A DNA stretch of 64,000 nucleotides, taken from assembly GCF_021869535.1 (NCBI RefSeq), contig NW_026262701.1:86304001-86368000 (forward strand). Reading direction: 5' to 3'. Both the position numbers and the translations under genes were made by a program. This DNA comes from Mytilus californianus. Its lineage: Eukaryota. The notes under the pieces are model-generated. The model made no database searches. It was not told where the DNA came from and saw only the letters and a program-made list of their open reading frames with translations. This document shows, one piece after another, positions 1-11,605 of this stretch (position 1 is its first letter; each line of letters begins with the position of its first letter).

Positions 1-382
1 TAGGTAGATTCTAAGCATACAACAAGCTAGATTTGTACAATTACCGCGCGTTTAAGTACCTTTAATAGAAACATAGCTTTGGTTAACACATTATTGATTA
101 CATGAACCTTGAGCAGATACCAAAGGTTATGGCTGCTTAGTATAAGGTATTGTTGCTAAGAGTCATTCTGGTGATAAGTTGTTGATATAAACTCGTTTAA
201 ATAATATAAATAAATAAAGCGTAACTGTTTAAGATTTCCATATAGGATAAATTTTGATTCATACAGAAAAGACGCATTTTTTTATTAATAAGGTTTATAA
301 TAGTATATTAATGGCAGGTTTCAAATATATTGCTAAGCAACCAAAAAATGATAATAACCAAAAAAAATGTCATTTTTTTTAA

Positions 383-1070
383 AGGAGAAGGTCCGTTAAG
401 GGCTAGTTTTGCCTAATATTCGATGTACATCTAATGAAAGAATTTTGACATTTTTTAATCATTTTAGTGTCTAGAAATCTATATTATAAATCATTAGTAT
501 TGAGAAAAATAATTAGTTTTGCCTAATATTCGATGTACATCTAATGAAAGAATTTTGACATTTTTTAATCATTTTAGTGTCTACTTCGATCGATTTAATT
601 AGTTAATGTAAAAGATTTGAACTGATTTGGTCATAAGAGAAGCTCAAATTCACGCTTAAATATGCAAAATCTACCGAAAATGCCATAAAACGTCATTTTT
701 CAGATGTTTTTTGTCTAAAATGGAAGTGGCTGCATTCGTGTTCAGTCTCAACCTTTATATATGTTATGTATTATTATCAAATACAACATATATTTAAATA
801 TTAAGAATGAACACAAATGCGGTCACTTCTATTTTCGACAAAAACCGTCTTAAAATTAGCACTAATGCTAAAATTGTGAAGATTTCAGTAATATTGCACG
901 AATTTATGATGCTATTACCTGCTGCATGTACATTTTATTGTCAAAAACAGTCCATATTTATGGAACAGATATATCTACTTTCCAATAAATAGCTAAAAGT
1001 TTACATTTTAACATATTTGTAAATATGCTTTATTTTGGGGCCAAAAGGGGGTCTTACCGGGCCTACTCCT
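383..1070. mobile_element. Non-autonomous TIR element (MITE; possibly Kolobok-like)
   Basis: Left end AGGAGAAGGTCCGTTAAG...TTTTGCC is an imperfect inverted match to the right end GGCCAAAAGGGGGTCTTACCGGGCCTACTCCT. The left flank is TTAA and the right flank is TTCT (degenerate). No coding capacity. The superfamily is inferred only from the TTAA context. Confidence 0.6.
404..583. repeat. 70-bp exact direct repeat (404-473 and 514-583) inside the MITE
   Basis: TAGTTTTGCCTAATATTCG...TTTTAGTGTCTA is present twice, 110 bp apart. Confidence 0.9.
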
Positions 1071-2450
1071 TTCTATACCTAGTCTATTGAAATTATAAAA
1101 TTCAATTCATTTGAAGAGGGGCCAAAAGTGACCCTTATAGTACCTTATCCTTTAACCGATTCGATCAAAATACTCACCAAACAATAGGTGAGTATATCAC
1201 CCATCAAGCGAAACGTGAAGTCAACTGGTATCTTCTTTTCATTCATTTCAGAAAACCATTTACGTCAAAACGCCCGGGCGTGCACATGAATTTTGGAGAA
1301 AATTCAAAAAATATTTTAATAAAAATAAATTACAAGAACTGGTTAAAAGCACGTGAGCCTTATAATGCTTTCTTCAATGACTTGTAATTGAAGACAAAAG
1401 TGACGAAATTTACTTTTTAATCAAATGGTATCATATTATATATTTGTTCATTTTCTGGCAAAGTATGACCCGGTTGTTGGTCACCTATGTCATATTAATT
1501 AGTTTAGTTTCGGGGGAAACTAGTGGTATCTTAAAGTCTAAGTCGCTGGAAAGTTTACATATTTATTTCGCATCCATATATTTCAATCATTAAAACATAA
1601 CTGAATAACAACATAAAAACAAATATAAAATACAAATTCAAAAGACTGATTGACATGCGGAAAAGGAACCAATCAAAATATCTTGTTAGCAAATATTATA
1701 AATCGCGTTTTTGCCGAAAGCGGGGATTACGGATTAAAAACATTTTACGTATAGAAGTTTGTGAAGAATGGCTTTCGGCAGTTATCACTTAGTGTCAATT
1801 TATCTATATTCTTTGTTACACAATCTTTAATCAGAGAGACGGATATAAATCTTTAATAATTAATTCAAATGAAAGGATTATAGTTAAGTGTTAAATACAA
1901 GTAAATTTTGAATAGTGTAACATACAATGAACTATTGAATTATTAAAAACCAATGAGGACTCGGAATGATAATAAAAAGCATGAATTATAAAAATATGCA
2001 AAAATCTAAAAGTGAACTTTGAACGAACAATTGTCGGGTCATAAAAGTCTGAATCTATTGTGAATTCTCAGACTCAGTTTACTATTGTTTAAAGCAATTC
2101 ATTATCTGGTGAAATACGATAAGTGGCTTGCATTTTTATGTCACACCTGACCATCAATGAAAATTAATTATTTCATGTGTCCATTAACAAAATTTGCGCG
2201 TAAAATGTGAGAAAATAAGATTTAATCAAAATAATAAATGGAACGACAACATTGAAATAGAAGCTTGCTTTTTTTTTTTTTTGGCATCTCTATAGTTTTG
2301 AATTTTATGTCGATTGCTTGTTTTACCCCACATCTCATTTTAAACATATTTGAAAGTATCTGGTTTGGAATTTTTTTCTCTAAAGGAAATGACCATTAAA
2401 TTCTAAATCCTCGTAATGAATAAATTTACTAAAAAAACAAACTAGACTCT

Positions 2451-3044
2451 AAAAGAGAGACGAAAGATACCAAAGGGTTATTCAATGTCATCAGTCGAAA
2501 GCAAAGCGACAATACCATGACAAAAATGAAAAACGACGAAAAGACAAACAACAGTACATAAACACAACATCGAAAACTAAAGAGTGAGTAACACGAACCA
2601 TATCAAAAACCGGAGGTGATCTCAGGTGCTCCGGATGGGTAATCAGATCCTGCTTCACTGGTGACACCCGTCGTGTTGCTCATGTAAGTACAAACCCGGT
2701 AATAGTTCTAATCCGGAAAGTCACATTCGAGGAAAAGAGGACGGAATTGTGGTTACAGTAAATTGGAACATATCCGTTGTCATCTGTGAAACGGACATTC
2801 CATAACGGTCAACCAACTCGTGATGGCGTCTGTAAAATTTACGAAGGGATGATTTCGACTTCACCACTTGGAACTCTTGGATTGATAGCTTCTTTGTGAG
2901 CAGCAACCCTCTCTCAAGGAAATCATGATAGGAAATATAAGCCTTCGAATATCGTATCAACTGGGAGATATATATTCCGTATGCAGGCGCTGCTGGAATG
3001 TTGCTACATAGAAATGGAAAGTTCACAAATGGTGAAATTATCAC
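2451..3044 (-). mobile_element. 5'-truncated retroelement-derived interspersed repeat (RT C-terminal/thumb-like fragment, Penelope-like) with 3' noncoding tail
   Basis: ORF 2721-3044 encodes VNFPFLCSNIPAAPAYGIYISQLIRY...RKFYRRHHELVDRY, recalled as a high-copy bivalve retroelement fragment. It is followed by a noncoding tail (GGAGCACCTGAGATCACCTCCGGTTTTT...GGTATCTTTCGTCTCTC) with similar fragments elsewhere in the window (e.g. 40605-40822). Superfamily assignment is from memory and was not searched. Confidence 0.6.
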
Positions 3045-4970
3045 TTTTGTCGTTTTGTCTCAACTGACCAAAAATGTTGCTATTGATAAGTTTTTAATGC
3101 AAGGAATGGTATCTCTTTCTCGATAACGCGTGAGCTTCAGGGGGGTTTCGCCCCCTTCTAGGATGTCCTCTGCCCTGGACCCACTAGGTATCCTCAGACC
3201 CCTTGCCGAGTTTCGGGCGTACACGTAAAAATGGCATAGCTACGCCATTGGCCACATTGAAACTATGGAAAGATCGGCAAGAACAGGAACACAGTTGGGG
3301 TTCATCTAAGAATGCCGACTGTATATTGAATCACATGTTCACACCAAACCTGACATACCGTAAACCTGTATACAATTAGTTTCATATAACACTATTTTCC
3401 CATTAGATTTTAAAATTTTCTACATCGGTTTTAACTACCTTTCATACGAGTAAACGAAAAGTAATTTAAATGTACGTTACATAGAAATGGATTAAAAATT
3501 TCTCTTGTCAAATTTTGTAGCGGTTATAAGCACCGACTATTCCCTTGTCCAAGTTAAGGGCTCATTGGGGCCATGCAATTTTATAAATAATTTGTTTTAT
3601 TCAAAATTTCTTGAGAAAAAAAAATCGTTTCAGAAGTAAAGTGAAAAAAATAGACTGTTTCCTTTAAAAGAATAAGGAAGAAAATGAATCAAACATTAAT
3701 ATTGAGTTTAAAAAAATATTCTTGTTCCTGATTGTTCTTGAATAAAATAGTTTGTTTTTGATAAATTCAAGAGAGAGAGAGAGAGAATCTGATTAAAAGT
3801 AAACGTTGATATCTATAAAAGAGAACGTAGAAGAGTTTAGTTTATTACGTGTTGTGAATACCAATACCACACCGAGTTTAGCTCAGTGTGAACACGACAA
3901 AACATGCAATTAAGTATTTGATGTTAGTTTTAAAACGTTTTTGTTAATCTTAATCAAAGATAGTTTCTTCCGTTGCTCATACAAGTTATTTGTATCTACG
4001 TTGTCAATTTTTTTTTTTTTGTGAAACAAACCTGGACTTCTCTCAATCGGTATTTACGTTAAGAACAAGGAATACTTGTTTAAAGATAGGAACAATTAAT
4101 TCTTTTTATACTAGGGAAGATGGAGTGTGTATGTACTCCAAAAGATATGTTGATTTTTTAGTATCAAGATTTGATTTACACTGTCTCTAGCGTAAGCAGT
4201 TACACAATATCTCCGAAGTCAAGTTTTGATTCCAGACAAAACAAAAGATATTAATAATATTAAAAGTGGTTTCGTGTAGCATTTGGCAGATCAAGCAGTA
4301 TAACGTTGTTTGAGAGGACACTTAAAAAATTGTCAAAATATATTAACCTAAATGTTCTCAAAAACAAAAACAGTATTTCATATTTTATTTGGTCATTTTC
4401 GAAGTTTTCATCTCTATTACTAGATTTGTTTTCGCCGCTACTTATTATTATTAACAATGTAGATGTTAAATATATATATATATATAAGTTAGAAACGTTT
4501 TGATAAAATATGTATTAACAAAACAAGTTGGAAAATAATTGAACCCATCAGAAGCACTGCCTACAGAAAATTGTAGATTGTTTGCATGTAGATATTTTGC
4601 GAAGTAATATCGCTAATGTCGACGTCACATTTAGCACGAACCTTAAATTAAAACACCGGAACTCTTACTTGTAGGAAAGGCATTATGCAACGTATGTCTG
4701 CAGAACGCCCCTACTACATAAACACAGGCTAACAAGCTTCCAATTTAACGAAATAAGTCAACTCGAGTTGATTTCACGCAATGACTCATGTATTTGCTTA
4801 AATTACATTTGCCGAGTCAGATTTTATGTGCAAACTAATAAAAAGCCCCTATAATAAATATATTTTAATATAATGTATATATATATATATGTGTGTGTAT
4901 TTTCAAAATCTAACTTATACTTGTAACAGATTATTTGTACAGATTGAAAGTGGATAAAGATGAATACATT

Positions 4971-6479
4971 CTAACATCTTTCGGTCACTTTAATCTGATA
5001 AGACACTGGCTTGCAAGTTAATCCAAAAATTGGTTCAAAATCAGGTTCTGAACACAATTCTATTTCAAATCTTTGGAAAATATTGACAACAAACAAAAAT
5101 AGTTCCATTTTTGCAAGAAATTCTCCAGGACACCGCCTGCGTCCAATACTAAATGTAAGAACTTCGTCTGCTTTCTGCTGATTTATTTGGTTATGAGTGT
5201 CTAAAAACCTTTCTGGTGAAAACTTTTCGGGGTTTGTCCATAGTTTAGGATCCCTAGCTGTGGCATATGTATTGCAGAACACAACAGTACCTTTCTTAAT
5301 TTTGTGGTTTCGGAACACAGTGTCGGTTGTCGTTGAATGTGGAATCGCCATTGGTACCACGTTAGCCACTCGGATTACCTCTAATATCGTAGCTTCGGTA
5401 AACGGAAGTTTTCCTTTGTCTGTTAGCTTCGGCTTTCTATCACCAATCACGGAGTATATTTCCTCTTGTACCCGTCTTTGAACATCATTGTGGTATGACA
5501 GATATAATATGATCCATTCTAGCGTTGTCGAAACGGTTTCAAATCCAGCACCCATAAAATCTGACAAAGATGACAAAATCTCCTCTTTTGTAATTCCATT
5601 GTATAGTTCCGGCGAATTTCCGTATTGTTCCGCGGCGGAAATCAATCCATCCGTGATATCTCTGTGATTATTATTGTCATATGATTTCACATGTTCATTA
5701 ACTTCAACAGAAACCACCGTCCTGTTTAATGCGATCACTTTCTGAAATCGTATAGCTTTCCATGGCATTACAAATCGCATCCATGGCATAACATCAAGTG
5801 GGTTTCCCGATCCGGCCGTTTCGACAAATATTTTTGTATTTTCGATGAACTGCAAAAAGTTTTTATCCTCACGGCAGTTTCTTGCAGACCCAAAACAAAG
5901 CTGATATATTATACAGCCTATTCCTATAAATATGTCATCATGTGGACTGAAGTGGTTTTCTTTTCTTTGAAGAAAGCTCTTTATGACCGTTTCTATCTCT
6001 TTATTAATTACGTCCTCTGTTGGGTTATTTTTGGCCGAAACAAATTGTCTGAGAACGTGATTTGCAATTTTTCGGTGCATTTTCCAACGAGGGGTGTAAG
6101 ATCCAAATGCTATACTCTTCATGTTATAGTAACTTATCCCCGTATAAAATTCAGGGCGATCTGAGAACACTTCTCCTTTGTCCATCAATGCTTCACGTAT
6201 TGCTTCTCTGCTGTTTAAAACAATTGTTGGCCAACTTCCCATGCGAATTTTAAACACGTCACCGTAAGTTCTAGATATTTTCATTAATGTTCTCGCCGGA
6301 TTACTTCCAAGTAGCGGCAAATGTCCAAGAATAGGAAATCCCCACGGACCTGGTGGTGAAAGATACAAATCATTCCAAAGTTTCTGAAAAAATTTAACTA
6401 GCACAAGAGTTACTGCAATTATCAAAATAAAAAATCTAATTCCAGTTCCTTCATAATTTGAAACTTCCAACTCGTCCAT
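4971..6479 (-). CDS. CYP1-like: Cytochrome P450, CYP1-like (clan 2), intronless, copy 1
   Basis: 502 aa. N-terminal TM anchor, PPGP hinge, WxxxR (WKMHR), I-helix DFMGAGFETV (similar to CYP1A GAGFDT), ExxR (EVIR), PERF, and heme motif FSIGRRRCPG (Cys450). Confidence 0.93.
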   Translation of the reverse strand: MDELEVSNYEGTGIRFFILIIAVTLVLVKFFQKLWNDLYLSPPGPWGFPILGHLPLLGSNPARTLMKISRTYGDVFKIRMGSWPTIVLNSREAIREALMDKGEVFSDRPEFYTGISYYNMKSIAFGSYTPRWKMHRKIANHVLRQFVSAKNNPTEDVINKEIETVIKSFLQRKENHFSPHDDIFIGIGCIIYQLCFGSARNCREDKNFLQFIENTKIFVETAGSGNPLDVMPWMRFVMPWKAIRFQKVIALNRTVVSVEVNEHVKSYDNNNHRDITDGLISAAEQYGNSPELYNGITKEEILSSLSDFMGAGFETVSTTLEWIILYLSYHNDVQRRVQEEIYSVIGDRKPKLTDKGKLPFTEATILEVIRVANVVPMAIPHSTTTDTVFRNHKIKKGTVVFCNTYATARDPKLWTNPEKFSPERFLDTHNQINQQKADEVLTFSIGRRRCPGEFLAKMELFLFVVNIFQRFEIELCSEPDFEPIFGLTCKPVSYQIKVTERC

Positions 6480-6633
6480 TTTGATATAATGGTGTTTTCG
6501 TTGTTATTATTTCAATACACTATATTCTCTTTAGAAACTTTCAATACAAGAAATATCATTTTATAATAGATGTTTTGTTAGTAATTTAATACGTGCATGG
6601 ACACGTTTTTGGTCATCGTTTTATTTACCTGGA

Positions 6634-6683
6634 CTTTTATATAATCTGGGTATTTAGCACATACTTACAACTTCTCGTCCAAT
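6634..6683 (-). promoter_or_regulatory. Putative core promoter of CYP copy 1: TATA box (TATATAAAAG, 6634-6643) plus CCAAT box (6679-6683)
   Basis: The TATA lies ~155 bp upstream of the ATG on the coding strand. CCAATCA lies ~36 bp further upstream, the classical spacing. Motif-based inference only. Confidence 0.55.
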
Positions 6684-7900
6684 CATATTGCTTGAATTTG
6701 CCTTCTAATTTTCATAGTACATACTTTTCCGTACGTACAAAGTAACTACGCATGAATGACCACAAGGGTAAGATTTCATTGTATCGTAATCAAGATATGA
6801 AAACAAAAATTGCCACTGGCTATTTTGAAATAAAATACGGTGTTCAAAATTAAATTAAATAGTTTGTAATTAGCTTTCACATTGATTTTTAAATATCCTG
6901 CTATAAAAATCTTTGGATCTAAAAAATATTTTTGACAATTGCAAGTTTTTTTTCTCACTTAGATAAAGAGCAACAAATATGGTTCTTTATACCTTGATTA
7001 GAGTACAGCGCTATCTCAAAATTGTCATAATTTATCGTTCATGCAATTACTTTGTACACAAAAAAAAGTGTGTACTATGATTTATTGTGAAGGGAAATTG
7101 AGGCAACTTGGTGATTTTATTAACTTTCTTGGGGAAATTGATCTATTTCTTCATGAATTGATTGATTATTGGTTACTTAATGTCCAGTGGCAAATATTTC
7201 ATGCATGTCTCGAATTGAAAAACCATGATAATGTCTGAAGAGAATGTGCCACCTATATATATATATATATATATACATATATACATATTCTGATTAATCT
7301 TTTAGTTTTTACTTTGAAAAAAACCCAAAAAAACACAAAACCTTTAATCTCTGATCTATTGGTAGTTGCTTTTTAATGCTATCTGCTAGACTATCAATGG
7401 GGACAAACTATCTATATCTTTCAAATAATTTCAATTTATTATAGCTTTAGTTATACTGTGAAATTGAAAAGTGTTTTCAAAACCTGTAAAGCTTCCGCTG
7501 CAATTTAATTATTGTCTGCTTTTGGTCAATTCATTTTGTCATCTTACCATGTAAAGAAGTACATGTATAGTAAAATACCGCTTTATATCAATATGTTACA
7601 CCTGACCATCAATGAAAATTAATTATTTCATGTGTCCATTAACAAAATTTGCGCGTAAAATGTGAGAAAATAAGATTTAATCAAAATTATAAATGGAACG
7701 ACAACATTGAAATAGAAGCTTGCTTTTTTTTTGACATCTCTATAGTTTTGAATTTTATGTCGATTGATTGTTTTACCCCACATCTCCTTTTAAACATATT
7801 TGAAAGTATCTGGTTTGGAATTTTTTTCTCTAAAGGAAATGACCATTAAATTCTAAATCCACGTAATGAATAAATTTACTAAAAAAACAAAGTAGACTCT

Positions 7901-8494
7901 AAAAGAGAGACGAAAGATACCAAAGGGTTATTCAAAGTCATCAGTCGAAAACAAAGCGACAATACCATGACAAAAATGAAAAACGACGAAAAGACAAACA
8001 ACAGTACAAAAACACAACATCGAAAACTAAAGAGTGAGTGACACGAACCACATCAAAAACCGGAGGTGATCTCAGGTGCTCCGGATGGGTAATCAGATCC
8101 TGCTTCACTGGTGACACCCGTCGTGTTGCTCATGTAAGTACAAACCCGGTAATAATTCTAATTCGGTAGGTCACATTCGAGGAAAAGAGGACGGAATTGT
8201 GGTTACAGCAAATTAGAACATATCCGTTGTCATCTGTGAAACGGACATTCCATAACGGTCAACCAACTCGTGACGGCGTCCGTAAAATTTACCAAGAGAT
8301 GATTTCGACTTCACCACTTGGAACTCTTGGATTGATAGCTTCTTTGTGAGCAGCAACCCTCTCTCAAGGAAATCATGATAGGAAATATAAGCCCTCGAAT
8401 ATCGTATCAACTGGGAGATATATATTCCGTAAGCAGGCTCTGCTGGAATGTTGCTACATAGAAATGGAAAGTTCACAAATGGTGAAATTATCAT
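7901..8494 (-). mobile_element. Copy of the same Penelope-like fragment in unit B
   Basis: Colinear with 2451-3044; ORF 8213-8494. Confidence 0.6.
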
Positions 8495-9892
8495 TTTTGT
8501 CGTTTTGTCTCAACTGACCAAAAATGTTGCTATTGATAAGTTTTTAATGCAAGGAATGGTATCTCTTTCTCGATAACGCGTGAGCTTCAGGGGGGTTTCG
8601 CCCCCTTCTAGGATGTCCTCTGCCCTGGACCCACTAGGTATCCTCAGACCCCTTGCCGAGTTTCGGGCGTACACGTAAAAATGGCATAGCTACGCCATTG
8701 GCCACATTGAAACTATGGAAAGATCGGCAAGAACAGGAACACAGTTGGGGTTCATCTAAGAATGCCGACTGTATATTGAATCACATGTTCACACCAAACC
8801 TGACATACCGTAAACATGTATACAATTAGTTTCATGTAACACTATTTTCCCATTAGATTTTAAAATTTTCTACATCGGTTTTAACTACCTTTCATACGAG
8901 TAAATGAAAAGTAATTTAAATGTACGTTACATAGAAATGGATTAAAAATTTCTCTTGTCAAATTTTGTAGCAGTTATAGGCACTGACTATTCCCTTTTCC
9001 CAGTTAAGGGCTCATTGGGACCATGCAATTTTATAAATAATTTGTTTTATTCAAAATTTCTTGAGAAAAAAAATCGTTTCAGAAGTAAAGTGAAAAAAAT
9101 AGACTGTTTCCATTAAAAGAATAAGGAAGAAAATGAATCAAACATTAATATTGAGTTTAAAAAACATTCTTGTTCCTGAATGTTCTTGAATAAAATAGTT
9201 TGTTTTTGATAAATTCAAGAGAGAGATAGAGAGAGAGAGAGAGAACCTGGTTAAAAGTAAACGTTGATATCTATAAAAGAGAACGTAGAAGAGTTTAGTT
9301 TATTACGTGTTGTGGATACCAATACCACACCGAGTTTAGCTCAATGTGAACACGGCAAAACATGCAATTAAGTATTTGATGTTAGTTTTAAAACTTTTTT
9401 GTTTTAATCAAAGATAGTTTCTTCCGTTGCTCATACAAGATATTTGTATCTACGTTGTCCATTCTTTTTGAGAAACAAACCTGAACTTTTTCTCTCAATC
9501 GGTATTTACGTTAAGAATAAGGAATACTTGTTTAAAGATAGGAACAATCAATTCTTTTTATACTTGGGAAGATGGAGTGTGTATGTACTCCAAAAGATAT
9601 GTTGACTTTTTAGTATCAAGATTTGATTTACACTGTCCCTACTACATAAACACAGGCTAACAAGCTACCAATTTAACGAAATAAGTCAACTCGAGTTGAT
9701 TTCCCGCAATGACTCATATCTTTGCTTAACTTACATTTGCAGAGTCAGAATTTATGTGCAAACTTATAAAAAGCCTCTATACTAAATATATTTTAATATA
9801 ATGTATATATATATCTGTGTATTTTCAAAATCTAACTTATACTTGTAACAGATTATTTGTACAGATTGAAAGTGGATAAAGATGAATACATT

Positions 9893-11401
9893 CTAACATC
9901 TTTCGGTCACTTTAATCTGATAAGACACTGGCTTGCAAGTTAATCCAAAAATTGGTTCAAAATCAGGTTCTGAACACAATTCTATTTCAAATCTTTGGAA
10001 AATATTGACAACAAACAAAAATAGTTCCATTTTTGCAAGAAATTCTCCAGGACACCGCCTGCGTCCAATACTAAATGTAAGAACTTCGTCTGCTTTCTGC
10101 TGATTAATTTGGTTATGAGTGTCTAAAAACCTTTCTGGTGAAAACTTTTCGGGGTTTGTCCATAGTTTAGGATCCCTAGCTGTGGCATATGTATTGCAGA
10201 ACACAACAGTACCTTTCTTAATTTTATGGTTTCGGAACACAGTGTCGGTTGTCGTTGAATGTGGAATCGCCATTGGTACCACGTTAGCCACTCGGATTAC
10301 CTCTAATATCGTAGCTTCGGTAAACGGAAGTTTTCCTTTGTCTGTTAGCTTCGGCTTTCTATCACCAATCACGGAGTATATTTCCTCTTGTACCCGTCTT
10401 TGAACATCATTGTGGTATGACAGATATAATATGATCCATTCTAGCGTTGTCGAAACGGTTTCAAATCCAGCACCCATAAAATCTGACAAAGATGACAAAA
10501 TCTCCTCTTTTGTAATTCCATTGTATAGTTCCGGCGAATTTCCGTATTGTTCCGCGGCGGAAATCAATCCATCCGTGATATCTCTGTGATTATTATTGTC
10601 ATATGATTTCACATGTTCATTAACTTCAACAGAAACCACCGTCCTGTTTAATGCGATCACTTTCTGAAATCGTATAGCTTTCCATGGCATTACAAATCGC
10701 AACCATGGCATAACATCAAGTGGGTTTCCCGATCCGGCCGTTTCGACAAATATTTTTGTATTTTCGATGAACTGCAAAAAGTTTTTATCCTCACGGCAGT
10801 TTCTTGCAGACCCAAAACAAAGCTGATATATTATACAGCCTATTCCTATAAATATGTCATCATGTGGACTGAAGTGGTTTTCTTTTCTTTGAAGAAAGCT
10901 CTTTATGACCGTTTCTATCTCTTTATTAATTACGTCCTCTGTTGGGTTATTTTTGGCCGAAACAAATTGTCTGAGAACGTGATTTGCAATTTTTCGGTGC
11001 ATTTTCCAACGAGGGGTGTAAGATCCAAATGCTATACTCTTCATGTTATAGTAACTTATCCCCGTATAAAATTCAGGGCGATCTGAGAACACTTCTCCTT
11101 TGTCCATCAATGCTTCACGTATTGCTTCTCTGCTGTTTAAAACAATTGTTGGCCAACTTCCCATGCGAATTTTAAACACGTCACCGTAAGTTCTAGATAT
11201 TTTCATTAATGTTCTCGCCGGATTACTTCCAAGTAGCGGCAAATGTCCAAGAATAGGAAATCCCCACGGACCTGGTGGTGAAAGATACAAATCATTCCAA
11301 AGTTTCTGAAAAAATTTAACTAGCACAAGAGTTACTGCAATTATCAAAATAAAAAATCTAATTCCAGTTCCTTCATAATTTGAAACTTCCAACTCGTCCA
11401 T
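9893..11401 (-). CDS. CYP1-like: Cytochrome P450, CYP1-like, intronless, copy 2
   Basis: Same motifs; differs from copy 1 only by M234L at the protein level. Confidence 0.93.
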   Translation of the reverse strand: MDELEVSNYEGTGIRFFILIIAVTLVLVKFFQKLWNDLYLSPPGPWGFPILGHLPLLGSNPARTLMKISRTYGDVFKIRMGSWPTIVLNSREAIREALMDKGEVFSDRPEFYTGISYYNMKSIAFGSYTPRWKMHRKIANHVLRQFVSAKNNPTEDVINKEIETVIKSFLQRKENHFSPHDDIFIGIGCIIYQLCFGSARNCREDKNFLQFIENTKIFVETAGSGNPLDVMPWLRFVMPWKAIRFQKVIALNRTVVSVEVNEHVKSYDNNNHRDITDGLISAAEQYGNSPELYNGITKEEILSSLSDFMGAGFETVSTTLEWIILYLSYHNDVQRRVQEEIYSVIGDRKPKLTDKGKLPFTEATILEVIRVANVVPMAIPHSTTTDTVFRNHKIKKGTVVFCNTYATARDPKLWTNPEKFSPERFLDTHNQINQQKADEVLTFSIGRRRCPGEFLAKMELFLFVVNIFQRFEIELCSEPDFEPIFGLTCKPVSYQIKVTERC

Positions 11402-11555
11402 TTTGATATAATGGTGTTTTCGTTGTTATTATTTCAATACACTATATTCTCTTTAGAAACTTTCAATACAAGAAATATCATTTTATAATAGATGTTTTGT
11501 TAGTAATTTAATACGTGCATGTACACGTTTCTGGTCATCGTTTTATTTACCTGGA

Positions 11556-11605
11556 CTTTTATATAATCTGGGTATTTAGCACATACTTACAACTTCTCGT
11601 CCAAT
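11556..11605 (-). promoter_or_regulatory. Putative core promoter of CYP copy 2 (TATA 11556-11565; CCAAT 11601-11605)
   Basis: Identical arrangement to copy 1. Confidence 0.55.

Larger units (their letters stand above)
2137..7591. repeat. Segmental tandem repeat unit A (CYP-bearing)
   Basis: Begins TATGTCACACCTGACCATCAATG and aligns colinearly with 7592-12510 and 12511-16499. Carries an extra ~524 bp (4186-4709). Confidence 0.95.

Noticed and set aside
1712-1780. 10-bp inverted repeat TGCCGAAAGC / GCTTTCGGCA around a 49-nt loop (possible snoRNA or ncRNA)
   Set aside because: No C/D or H/ACA boxes inside, and a single short stem is insufficient.
5197-6253. Plus-strand ORFs overlapping the CYP genes (5197, 5940, 6062 and their copies at 10119-11175 and 15040-16096)
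   Set aside because: Antisense shadows of the P450 CDS. Stops differ between copies (94 vs 156 aa) and there are no motifs.
8577-8583. AhR response elements (GCGTG) upstream of the CYP copies (8578, 13498, 17087)
   Set aside because: Only the 5-bp core is present without the TNGCGTG context, there is no clustering, and this frequency is expected by chance.
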